A stretch of DNA of 32,000 nt from Candidatus Heimdallarchaeota archaeon B3_Heim. GTDB taxonomy: Archaea; Asgardarchaeota; Heimdallarchaeia; Hodarchaeales; Hodarchaeaceae. A program made the translations under genes and the position numbers. The notes below the pieces were generated by a model. That model did no database searches, was not told where the DNA came from, and saw only the letters and a list, made by a program, of their open reading frames with translations. Below, piece after piece: positions 10,301 through 18,011 of the stretch (its first letter is position 1; every line of letters begins with the position of its first letter). Location of the stretch: positions 30,001 through 62,000 of the forward strand of contig NJBF01000024.1 of assembly GCA_003144275.1 (NCBI GenBank). Direction: 5' to 3'.

Positions 10301-11658
10301 CTCCGTTTTCAATAGTACTAGACACAGCAGGTGTCCAATATGGAAAATACAATATGACGATCATTTTAAGCATTTATGGATATGAAAACCAAGCAATTTC
10401 ATTTAATGTTTCTATAGATGGATATGAAACAGAAATAAGTGTTGAAATAAAACCTGGAACGAACATCCGACAAGGTGAAGACATTATTTTTATTGCTACT
10501 TTAGCTTATGTCACTGAAGGTGGAGCTGGAGCGGGGGTCACTCAACAGGTTCCCCTAGGAAGAGTAATTATCACCTTTTATATTGTATTAGAATACGATA
10601 ATGGGACTACACAAATCTACGAGGGAACAGAACTGACTGATGATTCAAGTTATCGAGCTACGTACACTATTGATGGTATCTATACTATAGATGCTGTTAA
10701 ACTCACAAACATTACAATCCACTCATCTCCTGGCTTATCAGGCTTACCTTATACTTATAAGATGTCAGCTACTGAATTAGAAACCTATGAAATCCTTCCA
10801 CCAGCAATAGACATTTTTGAATTAATCACTACTGTTTTAATTGCTGTGGTAGTTGTATTGATCTCTTTAGTCATTGCAGTTAGCACTATTCGTGTATTTC
10901 GTCGTAGAAGAAGATCCCGTAAACAACTCATTTTAAGACATGATATTGCTGTTGAGCAAAGCTTTGAAGACATAAAATCGATTCGTTTAATTTTAGCTCG
11001 TCATCAATCAGGCTTACAATTCTATTCAGAAAAAACCATTGCTGAGCTCCAAACAGATACTGATGCTTTGTCTGGTATGAGTGCTGCTTTGTCCTCTTTC
11101 ATGGAAGAACTGTCAGAAAGCATGACTTCCCAGTCTGAGGAGGTAAAAGAGCGTGATAAAATTGAATTTCTCAGTCGTGAGGGTTTACACATGTTAATTT
11201 GGCACGGTAATCATTCCAGTTTTATCATTATCTCCGAGGTGCGATTACCTGAGTATTTCCAATCTCATTTGAAAGCTTTGGGAAACGAACTTGAGGATAA
11301 ATACACGGCTGAATTGCAAGACTTCTATAGCAGCGACCAAATCCCTAATACCGTTGTTAAGAAGATGGTAAGGAAGTATATCCCTCTCCACTACTTTTCT
11401 GCTTACGTAGCAAACGAAGGAGTTCTCACACTTGATTCTGTGAAGTTATCACGAAAACAGGCTAAGATGTTCAACGAAATTAAGAAGGTGATGTTTAAAA
11501 TTGAAGGAGCCCATTATTTCTTCTCTGAACAAATTATTTCGCATCTTTCCAAACGGTATAAACGTAGTGAAGCCATAGAATTCCTGGATCAGGCGATTAA
11601 AATCAATCTACTTATTGAAGCTGAACAAGAAGATTTACTGCAGTTGACTAAACTTTGA
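7369..11658 (+). CDS. Large single-pass membrane glycoprotein with Ig-like ectodomain and cytoplasmic longin-like plus probable wHTH domain
   Basis: N-terminal hydrophobic signal/anchor; sequon-rich ectodomain; TM helix LITTVLIAVVVVLISLVIAVSTIRVF (~10822-10899) followed by RRRRRSRK. The cytoplasmic LILARHQSGLQFYS...DALSGMSAALSSFMEEL...IEFLSREGLHMLIWHG..SSFIIIS pattern is typical of longin/roadblock-type folds. Confidence 0.8.
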   Translation: MTHWKKITKKYLPNLLIISSLIITIIPINMITSIYLIESVEKDIYGNSILKGSEGFTKIPRLTQESFTYFSYGGEGRGENLDLSSQPFNNRLPDFAIRSQKGEGGSSFTVEDYLTLTGSDAVPVNDNHWQTNPEEHEDQYPLTIPANFVNSSLTLNISDVIAIDDWRLIENDSDSADPRTSTIFSEFAQEFVVEEDYVNVSSLRLFIDMDDTDGGDGQKPHGKLLLLNDTSGSPDDSDVLHSQALESHSSIAGLLDGNDWAGWLDYSISPEVILPKGTYWFALNDTKDGGTGSWNWHTVDDSGQIDNGDVYFKFDHGDSWGPYIACDIVMMPKVCPVKNISSTYPAKEYTDPTALVFQYKTSIDATNLSTFTMFEGNMTSDNIHTFNVNTSVNFTLSWWIEVNYTNNPIIPSVHYFVENTTTLPKWNLTFVTNIVSTVYNIRNRSINVFNLPNDWAEGAIFHDGSLVYNSTNSGGFNGSIGYNDGDSNLIVNASTLSGTKTWDISFNAPNYITEFNWFDQILGSNVTFATSMDTLKPKITFKTPNEGGYNFSVWIESQSGTRIYTDCNKTVGEIANDWNITETTASLPVVNGTYQTYAFWENTTENQVGFYARNITVFIHTTPIINAPTEVIEDTSLEIIVYYNATHNSTGVNNANVTGMPDWGDQKPVQFEHSYSPHGYYNYTWDINSSHLAGQQLNITIFLEMPWHINHTVVWNTTVVYTSTITALDVPNPLILEYGQSYLLRVNYSSGTTFISGATMIVDGDNENFTEEPKHFSYLLYTTNYNSGESYSNLLIHLNNSGYLSQELYFNLTITAGPTSVHQAYTPIIASIYYTESYSFAVFYENTVDNEGITNADSSTSHPSAIDFWYSNSSGYYFFNLSSSSLSLGSYTINVTLNHSIYQENFILLTFNIVEMSTQPLDSYSISSDQIMVEETITVTIDEFQTYKSDSIGTIDNASILLNGSSVDPSLVSFSSNAPFSIVLDTAGVQYGKYNMTIILSIYGYENQAISFNVSIDGYETEISVEIKPGTNIRQGEDIIFIATLAYVTEGGAGAGVTQQVPLGRVIITFYIVLEYDNGTTQIYEGTELTDDSSYRATYTIDGIYTIDAVKLTNITIHSSPGLSGLPYTYKMSATELETYEILPPAIDIFELITTVLIAVVVVLISLVIAVSTIRVFRRRRRSRKQLILRHDIAVEQSFEDIKSIRLILARHQSGLQFYSEKTIAELQTDTDALSGMSAALSSFMEELSESMTSQSEEVKERDKIEFLSREGLHMLIWHGNHSSFIIISEVRLPEYFQSHLKALGNELEDKYTAELQDFYSSDQIPNTVVKKMVRKYIPLHYFSAYVANEGVLTLDSVKLSRKQAKMFNEIKKVMFKIEGAHYFFSEQIISHLSKRYKRSEAIEFLDQAIKINLLIEAEQEDLLQLTKL

Positions 11659-11691
11659 CAAACCAAAATTGATGATTGGAGCAATTATCTT

Positions 11692-12615
11692 ATGATAGGG
11701 AATTATTATCGATTTTGGCTCATTAACGAGCAAGGTTTGTATATTATCGACCAAAAACTTCAACGTCAAATAATCCTTACAAAAACTGATGAAGATAAAT
11801 TGATTGCTGAACTTTATAATGATCCAGCTCTTGAAATGGATGATACTGCTATACTTCAGAAGAATCTACCTGAGTATGCGTTTTCTCGTTTATATTATCA
11901 GAAGTACAAGAAAGATTTATACATTCTTTTAGCAGACGAAATGATTGATATCACGGACATCGATTTACAGCTCCAAACTCGGCGAAAAGAGCGTGATACA
12001 CAACGAAAGAATTTAATAGGTATTGTAGTGGCAGCTTTTGATGATGCTAGGGGACCTAAGGTGGTTTATAGTCCCAGTTTCATTAATGAGGAAACTACAT
12101 TGTTACTAGCCGTACAAGGGCAGACAATATCCTATATGGGGAAACTAAACGAATTTAAGGCTGGATTTAAGGAACCTCTAAATGTTCCCAATCGTACGGA
12201 TATGATACATGTAAGTTACGATTTCTTGGTTCCTGCTCCAAATAGTAAAGATCCTAGAATTGCATTGACAGGCAGGGTAATGAACTTATTTTTACTATTT
12301 CCTCGCAATTTACCATATTTAAAGGAAAAATCATTTTTACAATTCATTGAATCATTTATTGAGGAGTGGGTCCGTAATTGGATCGACTTTCAGAAAGAGA
12401 ATGAGGGTAAATATCCAGTCAAATGGTTTGATGATCTCGTAGAAAATTTACGATCAACGGTAAATATTGCTATCGATTTAGCGACTCACGATGAAAGAGA
12501 AATAAGAAAACTAAAAGACTTTGTAATGGATATTCTAGCTCAAAATCAAGTCCTAACATATCAAGTCCAGAAGTTAAAGAAAAAAATTAGGAAGCTAGAA
12601 GGGAAGGAGCCCTAA
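11692..12615 (+). CDS. uDENN/NPRL2-like longin-domain protein with C-terminal coiled coil
   Basis: GIVVAAFDDARGPKVVYSP resembles the first strands of uDENN/NPR2/folliculin-type longins (hhhxxFDxxxGPxhxY). It also carries a later DPR...G...hhLLF motif and a heptad-like C-terminus (NQVLTYQVQKLKKKIRKLE). Starts 33 nt after the upstream gene, with GGAG ahead of the ATG. Confidence 0.65.
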   Translation: MIGNYYRFWLINEQGLYIIDQKLQRQIILTKTDEDKLIAELYNDPALEMDDTAILQKNLPEYAFSRLYYQKYKKDLYILLADEMIDITDIDLQLQTRRKERDTQRKNLIGIVVAAFDDARGPKVVYSPSFINEETTLLLAVQGQTISYMGKLNEFKAGFKEPLNVPNRTDMIHVSYDFLVPAPNSKDPRIALTGRVMNLFLLFPRNLPYLKEKSFLQFIESFIEEWVRNWIDFQKENEGKYPVKWFDDLVENLRSTVNIAIDLATHDEREIRKLKDFVMDILAQNQVLTYQVQKLKKKIRKLEGKEP

Positions 12616-12825
12616 TGTTCCTCACTGAATGCTATTAAATTGATACTATCATAATATAGCTTGTTTTGTTTTATTTTTTACATGCTTTCCAAATTTTATG
12701 CCCTTTATTCATAATGTCGGATCCAAGAGACGAATAAATGGAAAAGAGAGAAAATATGCACGAAGTTAATTCAATAAGCTACATAAATAAAGGTCAACAT
12801 AGTAGGTTAGACAATTCAAATCGAA

Positions 12826-12842
12826 TGAAGGAAATTCCTTCA
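12826..12842. promoter_or_regulatory. 17-bp palindrome (TGAAGGAA-A-TTCCTTCA), candidate operator upstream of the gelsolin gene
   Basis: Perfect 8-bp inverted repeat read directly; lies about 45 nt upstream of a BRE/TATA-like element. Confidence 0.4.
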
Positions 12843-12885
12843 CTGAAAAAATCTCTTTGATTTTGGTTAAAAGAGAGAATAAAAA

Positions 12886-12904
12886 TCGAAAACTACTTAT
12901 TAAC
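12886..12904 (+). promoter_or_regulatory. Putative BRE + TATA box of the gelsolin gene
   Basis: CGAAAA followed by CTTATTAA, about 25 nt upstream of ATG 12927, which fits archaeal spacing. Confidence 0.4.
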
Positions 12905-12926
12905 TCACATTAAAGGTTGATTGTTC

Positions 12927-14156
12927 ATGCGTGTGTTACATGTTCAAGGAAAAAAACTAGTTGAAATAAACAAGAAAAATGGATCCTTTGAATTCTTGAA
13001 TGGGGACGTATATATCATTGATAATTCTGATGTCTCCGCAGGCCTCAAGAAAAAGGTGTTCATCTGGTTAGGATCTCAAGCATATGCTGATGATAGAGCA
13101 GTTGGTGCTTGGGCTGCAAAACAATTGGATCTCGCTGATAAAGAAATAGATATCGACACTGAAGTCGAAGGAAATGAATCAGCTGAGTTTAAAGGATTAT
13201 TAGAATTCGTAGTCGTGACAGGAGACACACCTGGCTTTCTAAAGCACGTAGAAGTAAATAAAGAAGACATTAGCTATGCTCTTTACAGAGTCCGTGATAC
13301 TGATCTTTCAGATGGTTCATCATCAGATGATATAGCAATTGAAAAAGTACCTTTGAACCGTGAAAGCTTTGTCTCTGATGACGTATTTGTATTGGATGCT
13401 TTCGATGATCTGTATGTCTGGGTTGGTGCCAGCTCACAGATCGGTGAAAAAGTTGCAGGAAATCGTGTGGCACGGAAATTAGATGTAGATCGTGATAGAA
13501 CCCCCATGGTTTACCAAATTAGAGAAGGGTACGAACCAGAGGGTTTTTGGGATCTTTTTAATTCCATAAGCAGCAGTGGTTTAACACGGAAAGACGATTC
13601 ATCTGCTATTAGTGCAAGTATGAGTGGTTCTCTTACTGATCTAACTGCTCCAGTAGAACCAGCAACACCTCCTGCTGAATTAGCTCCTCCACCTTCTAGT
13701 ACTTCAACAGGTGAAATTTCAGGTCCACCACGAGAAGAACAATACGTTCCAAAACCTCCTCCAATAAAAGATGAACCTAAACCAAAACCCGAACCTACAC
13801 CCCAACCAGTTCAGACTGGTTTCGGAGTAGCGCCCACAGCCCCCGTACCATCTAGAAAGACCCAATATACTTTATATTATGTCGACGGTGAATTTACTGA
13901 ATTAGGGGGAAGTGAATCTGCAACTCTTGAGATCAATGAGTCCACAAAGACAGCTGTTCTTTCATTTGCGGGGGGGTCAAGTTTAATAGCCCAAAGAACT
14001 GCTGGCCGCCAAGCACGAGGTATTTGTAAATCAGGTTTCGCTGTTAAGGCAGGTTACAGAATTGGCATAAAATGTGACCTTCAAGAAGTTCGTGGGGAAG
14101 AGGACATGGAACAGCGAGTTCAAAGATATAGAGAAGAAGGACGCAAATACGTTTAA
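12927..14156 (+). CDS. Gelsolin-family actin regulator: two gelsolin domains, Pro-rich linker, degenerate third gelsolin-like domain
   Basis: Domain 1: FLNGDVYIID...VFIWLGSQA...EVEGNESAEF. Domain 2: SFVSDDVFVLD...LYVWVGASS..GEK...REGYEPEGFW. The ATG at 12927 is preferred to the TTG at 12921 in the ORF track. Confidence 0.88.
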   Translation: MRVLHVQGKKLVEINKKNGSFEFLNGDVYIIDNSDVSAGLKKKVFIWLGSQAYADDRAVGAWAAKQLDLADKEIDIDTEVEGNESAEFKGLLEFVVVTGDTPGFLKHVEVNKEDISYALYRVRDTDLSDGSSSDDIAIEKVPLNRESFVSDDVFVLDAFDDLYVWVGASSQIGEKVAGNRVARKLDVDRDRTPMVYQIREGYEPEGFWDLFNSISSSGLTRKDDSSAISASMSGSLTDLTAPVEPATPPAELAPPPSSTSTGEISGPPREEQYVPKPPPIKDEPKPKPEPTPQPVQTGFGVAPTAPVPSRKTQYTLYYVDGEFTELGGSESATLEINESTKTAVLSFAGGSSLIAQRTAGRQARGICKSGFAVKAGYRIGIKCDLQEVRGEEDMEQRVQRYREEGRKYV

Positions 14157-14170
14157 TTCTACTCCTTCAC

Positions 14171-14192
14171 TTTTTTTCCCTTTTTTTTTATA
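14171..14192. terminator. Oligo-T tract between convergent gelsolin and GH57 genes
   Basis: tttttttccctttttttttatag immediately after the gelsolin stop codon; archaeal intrinsic terminators are U-rich. Confidence 0.5.
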
Positions 14193-14210
14193 GTTTCTAA
14201 TCACTTATCT

Positions 14211-15419
14211 TCATAAGGATAAGACAATCTCATTATGTATTTGAAGCATTTCTTCTAGAATTAACGAAATCGTTTCGGGAACGTCAGAAAGAACATTCAA
14301 TGGAATACACCTTTTTGCGTTCACACTAGCCAGTAAAATTTCATTTAACCCCCGAAGAATCATATCAGGAGAAAACCATGGTCTTTTGGAAGCCCACCAC
14401 TGTTGACAGCTGTGTATTCCACGATCTAAAAAAGTACGAGCATTATCAAATAGTCGTTTTTGATCTGAATCCATTATTTCATAATATTTCTGGAGTAGAT
14501 TAACGGTCGTAAGGGCATACATTATGAACTGATGTTGTTTTTGATGTAATTCATTCGATGGTTCAAACCACAAGGGAAACGGTACATTTCTCTCTAAATC
14601 ATAAGGCATGGTACTCCAACTGGAAGCTCTTGGTATTTGGGTCTCCCCCTTGGGAAATTTTTCAACAATCTCAGACACTGTACACAAACGAATATCATGC
14701 CTTGAAGGTAAATCATGGAATAATGGTAATAAAAAGTCTTTAATAGAATGTTTAACATGGTGTCCGAATGTTTCTCCGTCCATTGCAAGAATAATATAAT
14801 AATCATGATCCTGTGCCTTGTATTTAAGTCGGTTTGCAAAAGCTTCTACATTGTTTAGCTTATCAAAAGCACAGTCAATTGAAATATAATCATCTCGAAA
14901 AACAAGATTTATCCCGCTTGAATGATGCTGTGAGATTACTGTTGTGGGAAAATCAGGCAAAGTATTTGCGATCCCTGATGCAATTACCCAATCAAACTTT
15001 AATTTTCTTAATGCAGGAAAAATTTCCTCGCTAATAGCCATTTCAGGAGGAAAAAAGCCTCTTGGTTTATACACACTCCCAAAGTATTTCTTATTAGTAT
15101 CATTATTCAGCTGAATTTGTCTAATTACTTCAGGTTCTGGAATGAGGGGTAATAGAGGATGAAACTTTGCAGAACCTGTGAAATCAATCTGATTCCGAGA
15201 TGCCAATGTTGTTATCTCTTCAATAATTTCTCCATATCCATAATCATCAAGTTGCTCTGTTAAAGTGGCATTAATGTTTAAGCTAATCTTTGTCTGAGGA
15301 TTTTCTTTAAGAGCATTAACAAGGGGACGGTAGGATTCATTGACAATCTTCTTGACGACAGGAGCTATCTGTACAGGAGGTTGATAGATATGCAATAGAA
15401 ATGCAAAGTATACAGTCAT
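14211..15419 (-). CDS. Glycoside hydrolase family 57 (alpha-amylase/amylopullulanase-like)
   Basis: GH57 conserved regions: LHIYQP, GFFPPEMA (catalytic Glu), AMDGETFGHH (catalytic Asp), SSWS. Confidence 0.9.
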   Translation of the reverse strand: MTVYFAFLLHIYQPPVQIAPVVKKIVNESYRPLVNALKENPQTKISLNINATLTEQLDDYGYGEIIEEITTLASRNQIDFTGSAKFHPLLPLIPEPEVIRQIQLNNDTNKKYFGSVYKPRGFFPPEMAISEEIFPALRKLKFDWVIASGIANTLPDFPTTVISQHHSSGINLVFRDDYISIDCAFDKLNNVEAFANRLKYKAQDHDYYIILAMDGETFGHHVKHSIKDFLLPLFHDLPSRHDIRLCTVSEIVEKFPKGETQIPRASSWSTMPYDLERNVPFPLWFEPSNELHQKQHQFIMYALTTVNLLQKYYEIMDSDQKRLFDNARTFLDRGIHSCQQWWASKRPWFSPDMILRGLNEILLASVNAKRCIPLNVLSDVPETISLILEEMLQIHNEIVLSL

Positions 15420-15449
15420 TTGAAATCCCCAGCTTTTGTTGGTTGATTG

Positions 15450-16199
15450 TTAGAATTTTCCCATCGCTTCCTTTAGAAGGACTCGTGTATCGTGACTGTA
15501 CCAACTATCAACAAACGATCTAATATGAGAATCTAATCCTGTTTTTATTTGATCAACTACTGGCATCTTTAAGTCAAGTTTGATCTTTGCAAAGGTTAAT
15601 GATGGATTTTTAGCCAATGATTGGCATTTATCCAATGAATATTCAAATAATTCATCAGGAGGAATAATTTCATCGATAATTCCAATTTCTAGAAGCGATT
15701 CAGGTGGGTGAAATTCACCGTTATAAACAAAATCTTTTGTATGCTCTGATCCAATCATATTTTCGAGAATCTGTAAAGCAGGATAAGGTACTGGTACTCC
15801 CAATTTAATTTCATTCAATCCCATAAGTTTCCTTTCCTGAGAAATGAATCTATAATCACAACAAAGCGCCAAGATGCACCCACCAGCTATGGCATGCCCA
15901 TTTATTATTGCAATAGTCGGTTTAGGGAATAGATATAATTCAATACATAATTCATTAAATGCAGTATAAAATTGAGTAAATTTCTCTCTAGTATATTCAT
16001 ATAATTCGGGAATGTTAAGCCCGATGGAGAAGAATTTCGTATTAGCGCTAGTTAGGATGATAGCCCTAATTTCCTCGTCACTACCCATCTCAAGTAATTT
16101 TGCTCTTAGTTCAGAGACCAATTTAGGGCCAATAGCATTTGTTACTTCATTATTTAATTCAATAACTGCGATTTTTTGCTTAATTGTAATTTTTAGCAT
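15450..16199 (-). CDS. Crotonase-family enoyl-CoA hydratase/isomerase (delta3-delta2 isomerase-like)
   Basis: FFSIGLNI, PKPTIAIINGHAIAGGCILALCCDYR, GLNEIKLG. Only one catalytic Glu is present. Confidence 0.9.
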   Translation of the reverse strand: MLKITIKQKIAVIELNNEVTNAIGPKLVSELRAKLLEMGSDEEIRAIILTSANTKFFSIGLNIPELYEYTREKFTQFYTAFNELCIELYLFPKPTIAIINGHAIAGGCILALCCDYRFISQERKLMGLNEIKLGVPVPYPALQILENMIGSEHTKDFVYNGEFHPPESLLEIGIIDEIIPPDELFEYSLDKCQSLAKNPSLTFAKIKLDLKMPVVDQIKTGLDSHIRSFVDSWYSHDTRVLLKEAMGKF

Positions 16200-16323
16200 G
16201 ATTCATACCCTCTGTTTGAAAATTTCTTTTAACTAATTCTCATTAAGAATGCCAAAGTTCTTTTATTTTCAGTTAATAAATCGACCTATCTTCAATCTAG
16301 TGCATCTTTTTTCGGTGAAAATT

Positions 16324-16488
16324 ATGTTAACATTTAAAGAAAAAGCAAGTTATGGTATAGGAAGGCTTGGATCATCTATTACTATTGATATGGCTGATCT
16401 TTTTACTGGTTTTGTCAGCACTCTTTCATCTATTTTCATTTTTGAATCAGAAAAAATAGAAGTTGTCTTTCTTTTAACATCGAATTAA
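16324..16488 (+). pseudogene. N-terminal remnant of a GPH/MFS sugar-cation symporter
   Basis: MLTFKEKASYGIGRLGSS matches the start of MelB/GPH-family TM1 (L+xKEKxSYGxGxxG). The ORF stops after about 55 codons instead of about 450. Confidence 0.5.
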
Positions 16489-16574
16489 ACGTAAAACAAT
16501 TTAATTAGTTATTTTCTCGCTAGTTTTGACTCGTTTACAAATTTAATATATATACGAATCCCCTAAGGTAATTT

Positions 16575-17855
16575 GTGATGATTGATATTAAAATTTTCCG
16601 TGAGAACCCAGAAATTATCCGTGAATCAGAAAAAAAGCGGTTTAATGACGTCTTACGCGTGGATAAAGTGATTAAATTCGATGAACAATGGCGTAAGCTG
16701 TTACAACAAGTTAATGATCTTCGTAAAGAACGAAATACAATTAGTCGTCAGATTGGTCCACTTAAGAAGAAAGGGGAAGATATTACTTCTCTAATGAAGC
16801 GAGTCAATAAGATCAAGACCGAAATTATAAGAATTGAGAAGAAAAGTAAGAAAGTTCTTGAAGAGCGGGACAGTTTGAGATATGTTATAGGAAATATTCT
16901 ATTACCTGGAGTTCCAATCGCTGAAAATGAGGAAGGCGATGTAACAATTCGAACTTGGGGAGACAAGATTAAATTTAAGTTCCCAATAAAGAGCCATACA
17001 GATCTAGTAGAATCGCTTGATTTAGCAGAGCTCGGAAAAGCGGCTGAAGTGAGCGGTTCAAGAACATTTTACCTGAAAAATGATTTGGTGCTTCTAAACC
17101 TTGCATTGATTCAGTATGCAATCCAGGTATTGTCAGAAAAAGGATTTATTCCTTTCTGGACACCTCCCTTTCTCCGAAGAGATGTTATGGAACGGGCAAG
17201 CGAATTATCAGATTTTGAGGAGCAGCTGTACCACGATAAGAATGAGGATGTTTTTTTCATTGCTACCTCAGAACAAACACTTGCTGCGTTGCATATGAAT
17301 GAGTTACTTGATGTGGATACTCTTCCACGGAAATATTGCGGTCTCTCGCAATGCTACCGAAGAGAAGCAGGATCACATGGGAAGGATACAAAAGGAATAT
17401 TTAGAGTACATCATTTTATGAAAGTTGAACAGTTCGTTTTTGCACATCCAGAATCATCAGAAGAGATGCAAGAAGAAATGATTAAGAACGCAGAAGATCT
17501 ATTTCAAGGATTAAAACTTCCTTATCGTATAGTTAACATCGCTTCAGGTGAACTCAATGCCAATGCAGCAAAAAAATATGACCTTGAAGCATGGTTCCCT
17601 GCTCAAAATGCGTATCGAGAATTGGTTTCTTGTTCAAATGTCACTGATTACCAAGCAAGAAAGCTAAATGTCACTACAGGAAAAGCTGGTGGAGAAAAAG
17701 CTTTTGTTCACACCTTGAACTCAACTGCAATTGCCATGGAACGAACTATATGTGCTCTATTGGAAAATTACCAGCAAGAAGATGGTTCCGTTGTAATACC
17801 TGAAGTATTACGCCCGTATATGCACGGAAAATCGATAATTGCATTGGTTGAATAG
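16575..17855 (+). CDS. serS: Seryl-tRNA synthetase
   Basis: MIDIK..RENPE, N-terminal coiled-coil arm, ATSEQ, motif 2 CYRREAG...GIFRVHHF.KVEQF, ELVSCSN.TDYQAR, motif 3 HTLNSTAIA.ERTI.ALLEN. Confidence 0.97.
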   Translation: MMIDIKIFRENPEIIRESEKKRFNDVLRVDKVIKFDEQWRKLLQQVNDLRKERNTISRQIGPLKKKGEDITSLMKRVNKIKTEIIRIEKKSKKVLEERDSLRYVIGNILLPGVPIAENEEGDVTIRTWGDKIKFKFPIKSHTDLVESLDLAELGKAAEVSGSRTFYLKNDLVLLNLALIQYAIQVLSEKGFIPFWTPPFLRRDVMERASELSDFEEQLYHDKNEDVFFIATSEQTLAALHMNELLDVDTLPRKYCGLSQCYRREAGSHGKDTKGIFRVHHFMKVEQFVFAHPESSEEMQEEMIKNAEDLFQGLKLPYRIVNIASGELNANAAKKYDLEAWFPAQNAYRELVSCSNVTDYQARKLNVTTGKAGGEKAFVHTLNSTAIAMERTICALLENYQQEDGSVVIPEVLRPYMHGKSIIALVE

Positions 17856-18011
17856 AGAGAGATTCACCTCCTCTTATCATTTTTCTTCTTTTTCGTATGA
17901 GATTTGGGGTTTTAAAGCAATTTAAAGCTATTAAATTATTATTTGCGAAAAATTGTATCAGATTCATTTAAATAGACTTTTTGGTCATGACTTCCTCTAG
18001 GTGAGATACTC

